64,000 nt of DNA from a virus. Positions 31,011 to 40,237 of this stretch are shown here, in pieces. Made by a program: the position numbers and the translations under genes. The stretch's first letter is position 1. Every line of letters begins with the position of its first letter. The notes beneath the pieces are model-generated. The model was given only the letters and a program-made list of their open reading frames with translations, was not told the DNA's origin and did not search any database. The stretch covers positions 41,833 to 105,832 of the IMG/VR virus record IMGVR_UViG_3300010371_000030; one strand, written 5' to 3'.

Positions 31011-31127
31011 GTTATGCCCTCGCCTGCCCCCGTTGATCGTACGTGGCAGAGACGCTCGCCCTGGACCGTCGCTTGGACAGCGGAACGCGAGCAGCTTCCT
31101 GCCTGGGCCCGGTGTGAAGAAAGTGGA

Positions 31128-31163
31128 ACGGCTTCGCCCCCATCCGGTGAAGGGCGAAGCCGT
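31128..31163 (-). terminator. Hairpin, probable intrinsic terminator
   Basis: 12-bp inverted repeat ACGGCTTCGCCC/GGGCGAAGCCGT followed on the minus strand by TCCACTTTCTT. Confidence 0.65.
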
Positions 31164-31190
31164 CCAAGGTACATCGAGGTGGCGGTGTGA

Positions 31191-31991
31191 TCAGCGCCGC
31201 GCGGCGGCGGCCGGGGTGGCGGCCGGGGCGCCGGCACCAGGATCGGTGTCGAGCTGCTGGGCGAGGGCGACGAGCGCCTGGATGTCCGTGTCGAGCTTGG
31301 CGTGCGCGGCCACCAGGGCGTCGTGGGCCTGCTGCGCGGCGGTGGAGGCGGCGGTGTAGGCGGCCATCTTGCTGGTGGCGTCGGACCAGTCGGCCTGGAC
31401 GGTGGTGGCCAGGTCGGACAGCGACGGCGTGCTGGAAGCGGGCGGAGCGGCCGGGGTGTCTGCCGCGGGTGGTGCCTGGGTCGGGTCGGTCGTGCTCATG
31501 GGCGAATCTCCTTTGGTCTGGCTTCCCTGTTCGGGCGAAGCGCAAGGATACCCTACCACAGGCGCGCCAAATGGGCTGAGCTCGATGCAGAGTCGGCGCG
31601 CCAACTCCGACACGCGGCTGTCGGGCCGATAGCTCTCACCGAACACCACGCGCTTGATGCCCACGTTGACGATTGCCTTGAAGCACTGCCAACAGGGCAT
31701 AGCAGTCACATAGATGTCGGCACCATCGACTCTGACGCCGTTCCGAGCGGCCAGGATGATCGCATTCCACTCCGCGTGATTGACACGGACGCAATGCCCA
31801 TCCTCCATCATGTGTCCGTGTTCGTCACAGTGTAGGTCGCCCCGAACGGCGCCGTTGTATCCAGTCGACAGGATGGCCTTGTCGCGAACGATGACCGCCC
31901 CCACGTGCTTCCGGTCGCACGTCGCTCGGGTGGAAGCCGCGACGGCCATGTACATGAAGTATTGGTCCCAGCCAGAACGCGCCACGACCAC
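31191..31991 (-). CDS. dCMP deaminase (ComEB-like), in frame with a C-terminal Ala-rich coiled-coil ORF that has its own start at 31499
   Basis: WDQYFM, RATCDRKHVGAVIV, GYNG, HAE and PCWQC zinc motifs. Confidence 0.9.
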   Translation of the reverse strand: MVVARSGWDQYFMYMAVAASTRATCDRKHVGAVIVRDKAILSTGYNGAVRGDLHCDEHGHMMEDGHCVRVNHAEWNAIILAARNGVRVDGADIYVTAMPCWQCFKAIVNVGIKRVVFGESYRPDSRVSELARRLCIELSPFGAPVVGYPCASPEQGSQTKGDSPMSTTDPTQAPPAADTPAAPPASSTPSLSDLATTVQADWSDATSKMAAYTAASTAAQQAHDALVAAHAKLDTDIQALVALAQQLDTDPGAGAPAATPAAAARR

Positions 31992-31994
31992 GCC

Positions 31995-32168
31995 TCACTT
32001 CTTGGAAAGCTTGGAGATGTTGGTGTGAACTTCACGACCGTCACGAAGCACGTGGACGTTGCCGCCCTTGTCCGGCTCGGTGAGCACCTTGACATCGACA
32101 GCCTTGCCGGCTCCGAGGTCCATCCTGACGATCTTGTCTTTGTGGTCGATGACTTGCTGTCTTCGCAT
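31995..32168 (-). CDS. Small hypothetical protein (57 aa)
   Basis: Manual translation MRRQQVIDHKDKIVRMDLG...KLSKK; fills the gap. Confidence 0.5.
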   Translation of the reverse strand: MRRQQVIDHKDKIVRMDLGAGKAVDVKVLTEPDKGGNVHVLRDGREVHTNISKLSKK

Positions 32169-32206
32169 GATTGGCTCGCTACAGCGACCGGGCGAGCCTA
32201 CGCTGA

Positions 32207-32530
32207 TCAGTGCTTCTGGTCATCGGGCGGCATGGGCTCGCCTTCGGCCGCCGCCTCGTTGGCGACTTCACCGATGTCTCTGGCCATGCGCGCGGCGGCC
32301 GACTTCCACTTGGCTTGCTCTTGGAGGCTCATGATGAGCCACACATTCATGATGATCTCGCGATCAGCCGCCGTCGTCGCGCCGCTGGCGATGATCAGCG
32401 CCTCCACGCGATTCACGACCGCATCGATCCACTCCGCCGTCGTGCGCTTCTCTTCACGCGTCGACAGCGCCATCTGCGCCTCCTGAATCATCGTCCAAAT
32501 GTTGGCCGCGTCATCCATGTTCAGCTTCAT
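32207..32530 (-). CDS. Hypothetical protein
   Basis: 107 aa, GAGGAG RBS. Confidence 0.6.
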   Translation of the reverse strand: MKLNMDDAANIWTMIQEAQMALSTREEKRTTAEWIDAVVNRVEALIIASGATTAADREIIMNVWLIMSLQEQAKWKSAAARMARDIGEVANEAAAEGEPMPPDDQKH

Positions 32531-33240
32531 CAGATCTGCTCCTCTCGTACACGTCTCATCCAGCGTTCTCTATCGTCATCGTCATACTCTGGATACATCT
32601 TCAGCAGTCGGCAAAGACACACGCCGCGCGCCTCCAGGTCGCGCCTCATCGGACCGTTGTTCCACGCCAAGATACAGATGTTGCGCACCATCTCAGTCGC
32701 GCCTTGAGGAGTGATCATGTTCCTGGACATGGCGTAGTCGACCAGTCGATGGTGCGGTGGTCCGTGGTTCGTTCGTACCGTGATGTGCTCCATCGAGCGC
32801 CCGTGCTCCAGATAGCGATGTGGCGTCGTCGTGCCCCAAGTCCATTTGATGTCGTCGTGGACGAAGCCAAACTCCAGCAGACGAGTCCTGACGTACTCCC
32901 TGAATCCACGCACCATCAACACTGCATCCCAAAGCTGAAGCGGCGCCGCTCTCAGGCTAGTCTCGATGGCATCCAGTTGCTCGCCACGCACCCTGATCTC
33001 TTTGTCGACCGAACGCACCAACCCATCGACAGTTCGATTGACAATCTCCAACGTGCGTGACGTCGCCGGTCGGCAATCCGGGGCGAGCCCGAGTGCGCGT
33101 CTGACCTTGGTCATCTTGACGTTGGCAGTCTGCGAGATGAGCTTGAGATCCCGCATGACACGGGCTCGTGCCTCCATCGACGGCTCACGCGACTTGTAAG
33201 GCTTCGCCCGCTCGAAAGTACGAATGAGATCAGTTGCCAT
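32530..33240 (-). CDS. Hypothetical protein
   Basis: Start reassigned to ATG 33240 (GAGGA RBS). Confidence 0.6.
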   Translation of the reverse strand: MATDLIRTFERAKPYKSREPSMEARARVMRDLKLISQTANVKMTKVRRALGLAPDCRPATSRTLEIVNRTVDGLVRSVDKEIRVRGEQLDAIETSLRAAPLQLWDAVLMVRGFREYVRTRLLEFGFVHDDIKWTWGTTTPHRYLEHGRSMEHITVRTNHGPPHHRLVDYAMSRNMITPQGATEMVRNICILAWNNGPMRRDLEARGVCLCRLLKMYPEYDDDDRERWMRRVREEQI

Positions 33241-33448
33241 TATCGTCCTCACGAAGGTCGAATGGTCGCTGTGGGTTAGTTTCAGGGTCGAACAATCCAT
33301 CGTAGTCGCCTCTGTCGATGTCGATGAACTTGTCCTCCCATCCGGAGCGAAGGCGCAACGCGTACTGCTGGGTGGAGCAGCTCCAGGTGATGGTAATCAC
33401 CGCCCACTTCCTGCCTTCGTACTCAATCACCGGGAAACCAACCCACAT
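33230..33448 (-). CDS. Hypothetical protein
   Basis: 72 aa, GGAGG RBS. Confidence 0.55.
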   Translation of the reverse strand: MWVGFPVIEYEGRKWAVITITWSCSTQQYALRLRSGWEDKFIDIDRGDYDGLFDPETNPQRPFDLREDDNGN

Positions 33449-33801
33449 CGGCGTACGCCTCCGGCCGTTGGATACCGGGGCGCGCCTCGGCTAGCTGGCG
33501 CTTGGATCGCTCTTGCCTTGCCGACATGCCGGCGCCGACTCGCTACGCTCGTCTGGAGTAGAGACTTCGTTACTTTGTAAGATCCCCTATAAGTGCGCAC
33601 CATATGCCTTGTCTGGACGGCAAGCGTGCCAGAATCTTCCAAGGCAGGTCGCGTCTGCTGCCCCGTAGGGGCAGCACCCCTTTTGCCGTTGTGCCCTTTC
33701 GGCGTCGCCCGGCCTGTCAGATCCAGCACGTATGTAATGCTACAGGGAATTCCACTTTGTGCCCGTCGGACGTCAAAACCACAAACGGACATGTGGAGCG
33801 G

Positions 33802-33889
33802 CTGGGAAAGTCCGACTGGACCCCTGGGAAAGTCCGAATCCTGGCCTGGGAAAGTCCGAATCCTGGCCTGGGAAAGTCCGACTGACACA
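33802..33889. repeat. Four tandem 22-bp iteron-like repeats, invariant core CTGGGAAAGTCCGA
   Basis: Core starts at 33802, 33824, 33846 and 33868. Confidence 0.95.
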
Positions 33890-33914
33890 ACTTTCGTGTC
33901 GCGGAACGATGTGT

Positions 33915-34139
33915 CTACGCCTTGAGGCGAGGCGGCCGCAGCCCGGACAGGGAGGCGAGCTTGAACGGCCGGATGGCGCCAGGGCCGGGGCGGCGGCCAT
34001 TGGGGTTGATCTCTCGGAGCGTCCGAGCCGTGGCCGCAGCGGCTGCCGACTGTTGGAAGTGTCCGTGGGCGTGGTGACGGCGTGCTTCCTGTTCCATCGT
34101 CTCGGCCAAGTCCAGATGGATAGGGATCTGTTTGTCCAC
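33915..34139 (-). CDS. Hypothetical protein
   Basis: 74 aa, GGAGG RBS, GTG start. Confidence 0.45.
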   Translation of the reverse strand: MDKQIPIHLDLAETMEQEARRHHAHGHFQQSAAAAATARTLREINPNGRRPGPGAIRPFKLASLSGLRPPRLKA

Positions 34140-34148
34140 GTTCGCCTC

Positions 34149-35033
34149 CTACGCGGTCGGAGCTGCCGGGATCAGCCCGAGGAGCAGCGAGACGTTCACC
34201 TTGTTCCGAGCGGTCCACGCGACGTTTCCGCGTGCGGGGATGACACACTCCGTCGCAGCGGTAGCCCAATCCCTCGCCCGGACGGCGGTGGTGAACTTCG
34301 GCCACGTGCGCGGGAAGCCCGCGCCGAGAGCCCAAGCCATGGACATGATCGCGCGTTGCGCCGCCTCCGGCAAGCTCGCCAGGTCCGGGAAGAATCCCAG
34401 GAGCACCTCTGCGTCCTGATCGAAGCGCTTGAGGCACTCATTGTCGATGTCGCGATCATCGAGGTACAGCGCGCCCGGCACGTGGTAGTACGTCGCCAGC
34501 TCGCCCTTCTTCATCGAATGGACGCGATTCCACTCGATGGTGATCTGTTCGTCGGTCGCCAACCCTTGATCGGTCGGCCGACGCCAGTTGTAGGACATCG
34601 CCGCCTGTGCCGTGAGCAGAAGGAAGCCGATGCCCGTGGTGACGTACCCTTCGACATCCAGGTACATCTCGTGCTCGCGCCCTTCCCACTTTGCGTTCCA
34701 GTCCAGCCAGTCGTTACGGACCGCGGGGCACGGGTTGGAAGCGGGCTTGATCGCCAACGCGCGCTCGATGGCGGGGCGAACGTCGATGGCCGGGCGGCCG
34801 GGCGCGAGGCGTTCCATCGCCCTCTTCAGCTCTTCGCAGCGTTCGATGGCCTCATCGCGCTGCGCCGTACGCTCGCCCACGCGCTCTGCGAGGGCCAAGT
34901 TGGACCTGACCGCCGCCGCTCGGTCGCTCTCCAGAGTCCTGACCTCTCGTCTCAGCTCCACCACCAGCTCGGACTCGGCCGGCCGAGGCGAGCGCCTGAG
35001 GAAGTCGTGTAGAAAGTTGCGCATGGCTCCCAT
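34149..35033 (-). CDS. Lysozyme (GH24/T4-like) with N-terminal coiled coil; putative endolysin
   Basis: EGREHEMYLDVEGYVTTGIG catalytic E-x8-D-x5-T pattern; WPKF...DWATAATEC...RN. Confidence 0.8.
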   Translation of the reverse strand: MGAMRNFLHDFLRRSPRPAESELVVELRREVRTLESDRAAAVRSNLALAERVGERTAQRDEAIERCEELKRAMERLAPGRPAIDVRPAIERALAIKPASNPCPAVRNDWLDWNAKWEGREHEMYLDVEGYVTTGIGFLLLTAQAAMSYNWRRPTDQGLATDEQITIEWNRVHSMKKGELATYYHVPGALYLDDRDIDNECLKRFDQDAEVLLGFFPDLASLPEAAQRAIMSMAWALGAGFPRTWPKFTTAVRARDWATAATECVIPARGNVAWTARNKVNVSLLLGLIPAAPTA

Positions 35034-35048
35034 TGGTTTGCCCTCCGA

Positions 35049-35663
35049 CTATCGGGTGGTGCGGACGATCAGGAGCAGGTTCAAGAGCGCTGCCGCCTCG
35101 GTCGCCGCCTCGATGTAGTCCTTGTTGCTCTTGCCCGCCGCTCTGTCGAGCCTGTCCAGAGCCTTGCGGGCGTCTCGACGCATCGTCTGGGTGTTGAGCA
35201 CGGTGTTGTAGCGCACCATCAGCGTCGCCATCATCGGCCCGATCAACGCGCTGGCGACATAGTGCGCGTCGATGGTGATGCTCGCGTCGATGTTGCGCTT
35301 GGCCTTGACGGCGCTCTCCATCGCCCTCGGGTTGTCCTTGATCGCTTCGTCCGCCTCCGCCCGGATGGTAGCCCACTGTTCGCACGTGAGCCCTTCCGGA
35401 GCGCCGCACCCCTCGCAGATGCCCGTCTGGACGGAGCGCGTGTGTGCCACCGGCTTGTCCGGAACGGCGCTCCACTCGCCCGGTTGCTCCATCAGCCCCG
35501 GGGCGCACGGGACGCGTTGGACGATGGAAGGGATGGGCGACCAGCAGGACATCATCTGTCCCTCCGCCTCATTCCACTCCACGTATACTTGAGCGTGGAA
35601 GTCCTCACGACGGACCTTCTGCCCCGTCGCCATCGCGTGCATCTGTGCTTCCATTCCGTTCAT
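35049..35663 (-). CDS. Hypothetical protein
   Basis: AAGGGAG RBS before ATG 35663; AMATGQKVRR motif. Confidence 0.55.
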   Translation of the reverse strand: MNGMEAQMHAMATGQKVRREDFHAQVYVEWNEAEGQMMSCWSPIPSIVQRVPCAPGLMEQPGEWSAVPDKPVAHTRSVQTGICEGCGAPEGLTCEQWATIRAEADEAIKDNPRAMESAVKAKRNIDASITIDAHYVASALIGPMMATLMVRYNTVLNTQTMRRDARKALDRLDRAAGKSNKDYIEAATEAAALLNLLLIVRTTR

Positions 35664-35878
35664 CGTCCCATCTCCCTTCGGGCACTTCATCCATGTGCCC
35701 ATACCATCTCGGTTGATCATACCAAGGGCCATCCAGCAGCGTTGGAGCGCAGCGCCGAAAGCCCACGAGCGGTTGGACGCCGATGCCCATAGGCGTACCG
35801 ACCCACCATCCAGGCGAGCACTCTCGCAACCAGCGAACACTCACCATCGGCCCGAAGCATCGAGCCGGGCGGGCCCCG

Positions 35879-36592
35879 TCAGGGTCGCACTGTAGCAACA
35901 CGCTTGTGCTTCTCCTTGTAGTCGAGGTGCCCGACCTTCCGGCGCAGAACAGGATCCCAGAAACCCCAACTGTTCTTGTACACGCCGGTTGCGAGGAGAC
36001 TCCAGCACGCGCCCGACTCCAGCTTGTCGATGCGATGGAACTGCCCCGCTTCCATCCTGTATACGTCACCGGGACGGCGCGTGATCGGGTTGGGGATGGT
36101 CTTGTAGGCGGGGCCCCAATCGTGGTGGTTATCCTTGTCGTCGCCCGCGCCACAGTACTTCTGCCTAGGCATCTGGTCTCCGAATCGGCCGCACTTGCCG
36201 CATCGAGTCCCGCTCTCCACGACGTCGTACTGCCAGTCCACGTATGTGTTGACGAGACGAAGCACCGTACAGTCCCATGGATGATCGTGCGGGTCGTCAT
36301 CGACGTCGGCCCGATGGATGTGATCGAGGTAGATGTGTCCACCGCCGTGTGGAGCGCCGCGACACTCGATGAGCGTGTAGCGCGTCATGTACACGGAGTT
36401 GTCCGAGCCCGTGAACGTGGTCGACCGCAGACCGCCGTCGTACACGCCAACGATGTACGACAGGAACGCGTTGATGTCGCGCTCCTCCCTGTTCTGGCCG
36501 AGCCAATGAACGTCCGAGAAGGCTCCGTCCAAGATGGTCGACAGCAACGGAACGTTCACCAGCTCATCCAACGTGGGATCAACAATCACCAT
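35879..36592 (-). CDS. Phage cupin-fold protein with inserted Zn-ribbon-like segment
   Basis: HIHRAD...PHDHPW...FHRI metal-binding motif; CGKC...C insertion. Confidence 0.7.
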   Translation of the reverse strand: MVIVDPTLDELVNVPLLSTILDGAFSDVHWLGQNREERDINAFLSYIVGVYDGGLRSTTFTGSDNSVYMTRYTLIECRGAPHGGGHIYLDHIHRADVDDDPHDHPWDCTVLRLVNTYVDWQYDVVESGTRCGKCGRFGDQMPRQKYCGAGDDKDNHHDWGPAYKTIPNPITRRPGDVYRMEAGQFHRIDKLESGACWSLLATGVYKNSWGFWDPVLRRKVGHLDYKEKHKRVATVRP

Positions 36593-36593
36593 C

Positions 36594-36788
36594 TCATCCT
36601 CCATCCGGGCAACCGACGCCCGCGTCAGGGCAGTACCACTCGCCATCGGGCGACCGGCACGCCGTCGCGTCACCGCACCCATCCAACTCGGGCTCGCCGC
36701 CGCTACACGTGGCGCAGACGATGGCGGCGGCGAGCGTCGCCAACGCCACGATCAACGCGAACCAGTTCTCAATCGGGGTCCATCGCAT
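36594..36788 (-). CDS. Small Cys-rich secreted/lipoprotein-like peptide
   Basis: Signal-like WFALIVALATLAAAIVCATC; CPDAGVGCPDGG. Confidence 0.5.
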   Translation of the reverse strand: MRWTPIENWFALIVALATLAAAIVCATCSGGEPELDGCGDATACRSPDGEWYCPDAGVGCPDGG

Positions 36789-36792
36789 CTCA

Positions 36793-37029
36793 TCACCCTC
36801 CCTCGCCGCACCATCCCGTGAAGTGGAACTCAGCGCTTGCCTGTTCCATGTACGCCTGCGCTTCGTCGTCGGGCACGGACATGGCATGGCGTTCGCTTCC
36901 CCGGGCCAACGTCAGCTCGGTGAAGCCCTCGTATCCATCGGAGGGCGCCGTGGCGATGACGGCCCACAGTTGTCCTTCGATGTCTACAGCCTTGAAGTGT
37001 ACGGTGAATCCGACGGTCGATGCGCTCAT
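36793..37029 (-). CDS. Hypothetical protein
   Basis: 78 aa, tiles the operon. Confidence 0.55.
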   Translation of the reverse strand: MSASTVGFTVHFKAVDIEGQLWAVIATAPSDGYEGFTELTLARGSERHAMSVPDDEAQAYMEQASAEFHFTGWCGEGG

Positions 37030-37065
37030 GTCGGCCCTTACTGTAGAGCCGGAGCGCAGCGATGG

Positions 37066-37635
37066 TTAGCGCTTTGGGCGCGCTTCGTACGTGGTCTCGC
37101 AGTTCAGACGGTTGGCCTTCCGTCTCGCGTCCATCTCGGACATGCCGCTGTCGTACCAATGCCCGCCGTCTTTGCCGGCGCACCATACGCCCCATCCGCC
37201 ACGTTCCAGCAGCGGGAACGATTCAGACGGGGCGAACATCGACCAGCAGCGGACGGCGTTCAACGCCTCTGCCAGCTCGTGCTGCCCGGCGGAGTCGGAC
37301 GTGTCCCGGGCTGCCCGAGCGTAGATGCCGAGCGCCTTTGCCAGCGCCGTCACCGCCGTGGACACCTCGCGTCGGACGTCGGCCGCCTCGGTCTCCGTGA
37401 GCGGAACGGGCGGCCCAGGCGGCGACTTCGGGCAGCCATCGAAGTGCCCGAGATGCGGCGAAGCCAGATGTCGCAGCAGCCACTCCATCGCCGCTTCCAG
37501 ATCCTCACGTGAAGCCGGAGTCATGGTAATGTACGGCTTGCGTTCGTGTCGCATACTTTGGAGCATGCTACGAAGGGCTACCAACGTTTGGATGTGCTGA
37601 CGAATGGCCCGAGGGAAGCGTGTAGTGGCCTTCAT
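37066..37635 (-). CDS. Hypothetical protein
   Basis: 189 aa, GGAGG RBS. Confidence 0.55.
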   Translation of the reverse strand: MKATTRFPRAIRQHIQTLVALRSMLQSMRHERKPYITMTPASREDLEAAMEWLLRHLASPHLGHFDGCPKSPPGPPVPLTETEAADVRREVSTAVTALAKALGIYARAARDTSDSAGQHELAEALNAVRCWSMFAPSESFPLLERGGWGVWCAGKDGGHWYDSGMSEMDARRKANRLNCETTYEARPKR

Positions 37636-38000
37636 CGGTCGCCTCCTTCATCGAAACGACGGCGGCCAGCGCGGCCAGGCGGCAGCTTGGATTCATCTAC
37701 CACGATGACACTCGGCCGCAGCCAGCCGTCGCTCTTGCCTCGCGTTCGGATGGAAGCGACACCGTTGGTCGGCACATCCGCCGGGCGCCAGATCATGCCG
37801 CACCCGTGGCACTGGTGAGAGCGGTGCGGAGGGTTGGTCCACCCGTTCGCGGGCTCCGGCGCGTCCACGTGCGGAAGGAAGCAGCGCGGGCACTGGAGCA
37901 AGATGTCGATGGGACGGCCATACATGTAGACCGTCCGAGCGAGGCAGAGCAGCCCGAGCAGGAGCCCGAACAGGGCGATGGCGACATGAGGGAAGTTCAC
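37632..38000 (-). CDS. Membrane-anchored Zn-finger-like phage protein
   Basis: TM segment then CPRC...H...WTNPPHRSHQCHGC. Confidence 0.6.
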   Translation of the reverse strand: MNFPHVAIALFGLLLGLLCLARTVYMYGRPIDILLQCPRCFLPHVDAPEPANGWTNPPHRSHQCHGCGMIWRPADVPTNGVASIRTRGKSDGWLRPSVIVVDESKLPPGRAGRRRFDEGGDR

Positions 38001-38413
38001 GGCTTCGTTCCCTTCGGACGCGTCTCCACGACCTTGCCGACGCTGGAGACGACGTAGCCACCCGGCAGCTGCCACGAGGCGTGATGGAGCGTGTGCCCGA
38101 CGTCGGTGGTGTCTTCATCCTCGGGCACCTCCAAGTTCAGTACCACCGCCACGCGCTTCGTCGGGCCCGCGGGCGTCGCCTTCGGCCCCTTGGCGATGGC
38201 GGGCGGAGCGTCGATGGCGCCCTTGATGTCGGGGTCCACCTGCCGGTTGTGATGCGCGAGGAGCGCGGCCGTGGTCGCGCGGAAGCTGGCGTTGCCGTCC
38301 ACCTTCGCCAGCTCCGTCAGGAACGTCGTCAGACGCGTCCACGCGATGTACGGCAGAAGCTTCGTACCGATGAGGTTGTAAACGTCGATCACCGTCTTGT
38401 TCGATGCTGCCAT
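37997..38413 (-). CDS. Hypothetical protein
   Basis: AAGGAG RBS before MAASNKTV. Confidence 0.6.
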   Translation of the reverse strand: MAASNKTVIDVYNLIGTKLLPYIAWTRLTTFLTELAKVDGNASFRATTAALLAHHNRQVDPDIKGAIDAPPAIAKGPKATPAGPTKRVAVVLNLEVPEDEDTTDVGHTLHHASWQLPGGYVVSSVGKVVETRPKGTKP

Positions 38414-38424
38414 GGCTGATCTCC

Positions 38425-38958
38425 TTACTGTAGAGCCTGAAGCGAGTCCAAGAGCGACGACATGACCGCCTCCACAGCGGGCTCGATGTCGATGCGAGCG
38501 TTGCCCGCGATGTTGATCACCAGCGGACGCTTCAGCAAGTGTCGATAACGCACGATGTCGAACACGGCTGCGCCGATGTGGCCTTCCAGCGCGACATACA
38601 GACGGTCCGCGTCGTGACGATACAACGGGATGTCGACCATCCGACGCTTCGTGGAACGGCACGCCGTCGCCGTCAGGCGCTCGCCCGGCGAGTTGTAGTC
38701 CACGGCGATGCGGATGGTCATGTCGCTGTCGCGAACGTTCGCCCAAGTGCGCGGAGGGTAATTGGGCGAATGGGACTCGGCCAGACCAAACTCCTCGGCC
38801 CAATCGGGGCGAGGGCCGTCTTTGGTCCTGAATCCCTTCGGCATCGTGCCGCCAGTCGGATACCCTCGACGGGCAACGGCCCGGAGCGCGGCGATGTCGG
38901 CGCCTACTTGAGCACCGCTGATGAACTTGTCGATGAAGTAGCGGCTCATGGAGTCCAC
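38425..38958 (-). CDS. SLOG-superfamily 'putative molybdenum carrier'-like protein
   Basis: ISGAQVGADIAAL, GGTMPKG, YPPRTWANVRDSD, INIAGN. Confidence 0.8.
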   Translation of the reverse strand: MDSMSRYFIDKFISGAQVGADIAALRAVARRGYPTGGTMPKGFRTKDGPRPDWAEEFGLAESHSPNYPPRTWANVRDSDMTIRIAVDYNSPGERLTATACRSTKRRMVDIPLYRHDADRLYVALEGHIGAAVFDIVRYRHLLKRPLVINIAGNARIDIEPAVEAVMSSLLDSLQALQ

Positions 38959-39152
38959 TCCAACGTAGCTACGCCGTCACGTACGTGCAGAGACATTCCA
39001 ACTCCCCACTTCTCGTTCAGGATCCAATCCTTGATCGTTTGGGCGAGCACCTCATTACCTTCGCGCTTCCCCTCCGCGCACAAACGAAGGTGCTCACAAG
39101 CCAGTTCCATAACTTCGCTCTGCCGTTCGTACCTGTAGATGTACCAAGCCAT
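38946..39152 (-). CDS. Hypothetical protein
   Basis: Tiles the operon. Confidence 0.45.
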   Translation of the reverse strand: MAWYIYRYERQSEVMELACEHLRLCAEGKREGNEVLAQTIKDWILNEKWGVGMSLHVRDGVATLEWTP

Positions 39153-39153
39153 G

Positions 39154-39396
39154 CTACACCAGTTGGCAGAGGATGGACTTGATCGTCGACATACGCGGGT
39201 CACACGACATCCCGCTCACACCCATCAGGACCGGCAGCGGCTCCAGCCTGAGAGCGGCACGACAACCGGGACACGTGACGCGCGCGTTGTCTTCGTACTG
39301 CCCCAGGATGATGTCGCGACCGTATGCGTTCAAGTCGTCGCACGCCGGTCTACAGTTCCAATTGATCGCGCCGTACTTGTGGACATCGCCGCTCAT
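39154..39396 (-). CDS. Small Zn-finger-like protein
   Basis: H...C...VTCPGC; GGAG RBS. Confidence 0.5.
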   Translation of the reverse strand: MSGDVHKYGAINWNCRPACDDLNAYGRDIILGQYEDNARVTCPGCRAALRLEPLPVLMGVSGMSCDPRMSTIKSILCQLV

Positions 39397-39583
39397 CGTC
39401 GTCTCCGTGGGTGTGTGCCCTAAAAGCAACCGGGGTAGCGCACCTGTCTCGACGGCTACCCCGGTTGGGCGTCCCTGTCTTACATTCCTGCCTCGCCGCG
39501 TTGGGCCTCCGCCACTACCACCGAGACGCCTGGACGGCGGCCTGTCCTCCCCTCCCTACGCGCGGCGCGGCCAACCGGCTGGG

Positions 39584-40153
39584 CTACGCTCCGCCAGCCC
39601 CGCTGACGCTGGACGTCGCCACGCCGATGCCCGTGGAGTCGACGCCTGTCCCGAAGTTGCCGCCCAGCCCTGTGCCCGACGACGCACCGCCGAATCCGCT
39701 CGTGGAGGAGCCTCCGCCCGCTCCGAGTCCGCCACCGACACCGCCGACTTCGGAGCACAGGTTGTTCCCACCGCCCGAGCCCGTCAGGCCCTGCGGCAGC
39801 GGACCCATCGAGCACGCGTTGGAGCACAGCGTCGAGGTACACGAGGAAGGATCCACGTACACGCTGTTGGGCTGGTACTTGTACTTGGACGGACTGACCG
39901 CGCTCGGGCTCGGTGTCTTCCGCACGATGGAGCCGATGAGGATGACCGCAGTCGATTCGTTCGCCGCAGGGATGGAGTACGTGCCCCGCTCCACCGTGGC
40001 GCCAACCACCGTCGTGGCCTGCCACTTACACGTATACCACAGCTGTTCGTACGGTGTACACGCCGTCCAGAGCGCTCCGACAGCCCCGAAGATCAGCGGC
40101 GTCAGGATACACGCCAGAGCCGCCCGAAGCACCTTCTTGTCTCTTGATCGCAT
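39584..40153 (-). CDS. Putative lipoprotein with Cys domain and G/S-rich tail
   Basis: Signal peptide ending WTAC; CTSTLCSNAC; GGVGGGLGAGGGSSTSG. Confidence 0.6.
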   Translation of the reverse strand: MRSRDKKVLRAALACILTPLIFGAVGALWTACTPYEQLWYTCKWQATTVVGATVERGTYSIPAANESTAVILIGSIVRKTPSPSAVSPSKYKYQPNSVYVDPSSCTSTLCSNACSMGPLPQGLTGSGGGNNLCSEVGGVGGGLGAGGGSSTSGFGGASSGTGLGGNFGTGVDSTGIGVATSSVSGAGGA

Positions 40154-40237
40154 CGTCTCGTTTCCGTTCTCCCCCAGTCCACTCGTTCGGTAAGGGCGCC
40201 GACGTCGTGGGGCTGACGATGCGTAGGGCGAATGTGA

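Noticed and set aside
33802-33889. Mini CRISPR array
   Set aside because: The repeat is 14 bp with 8-bp spacers, two of them identical, and no cas genes are present; it fits iterons better
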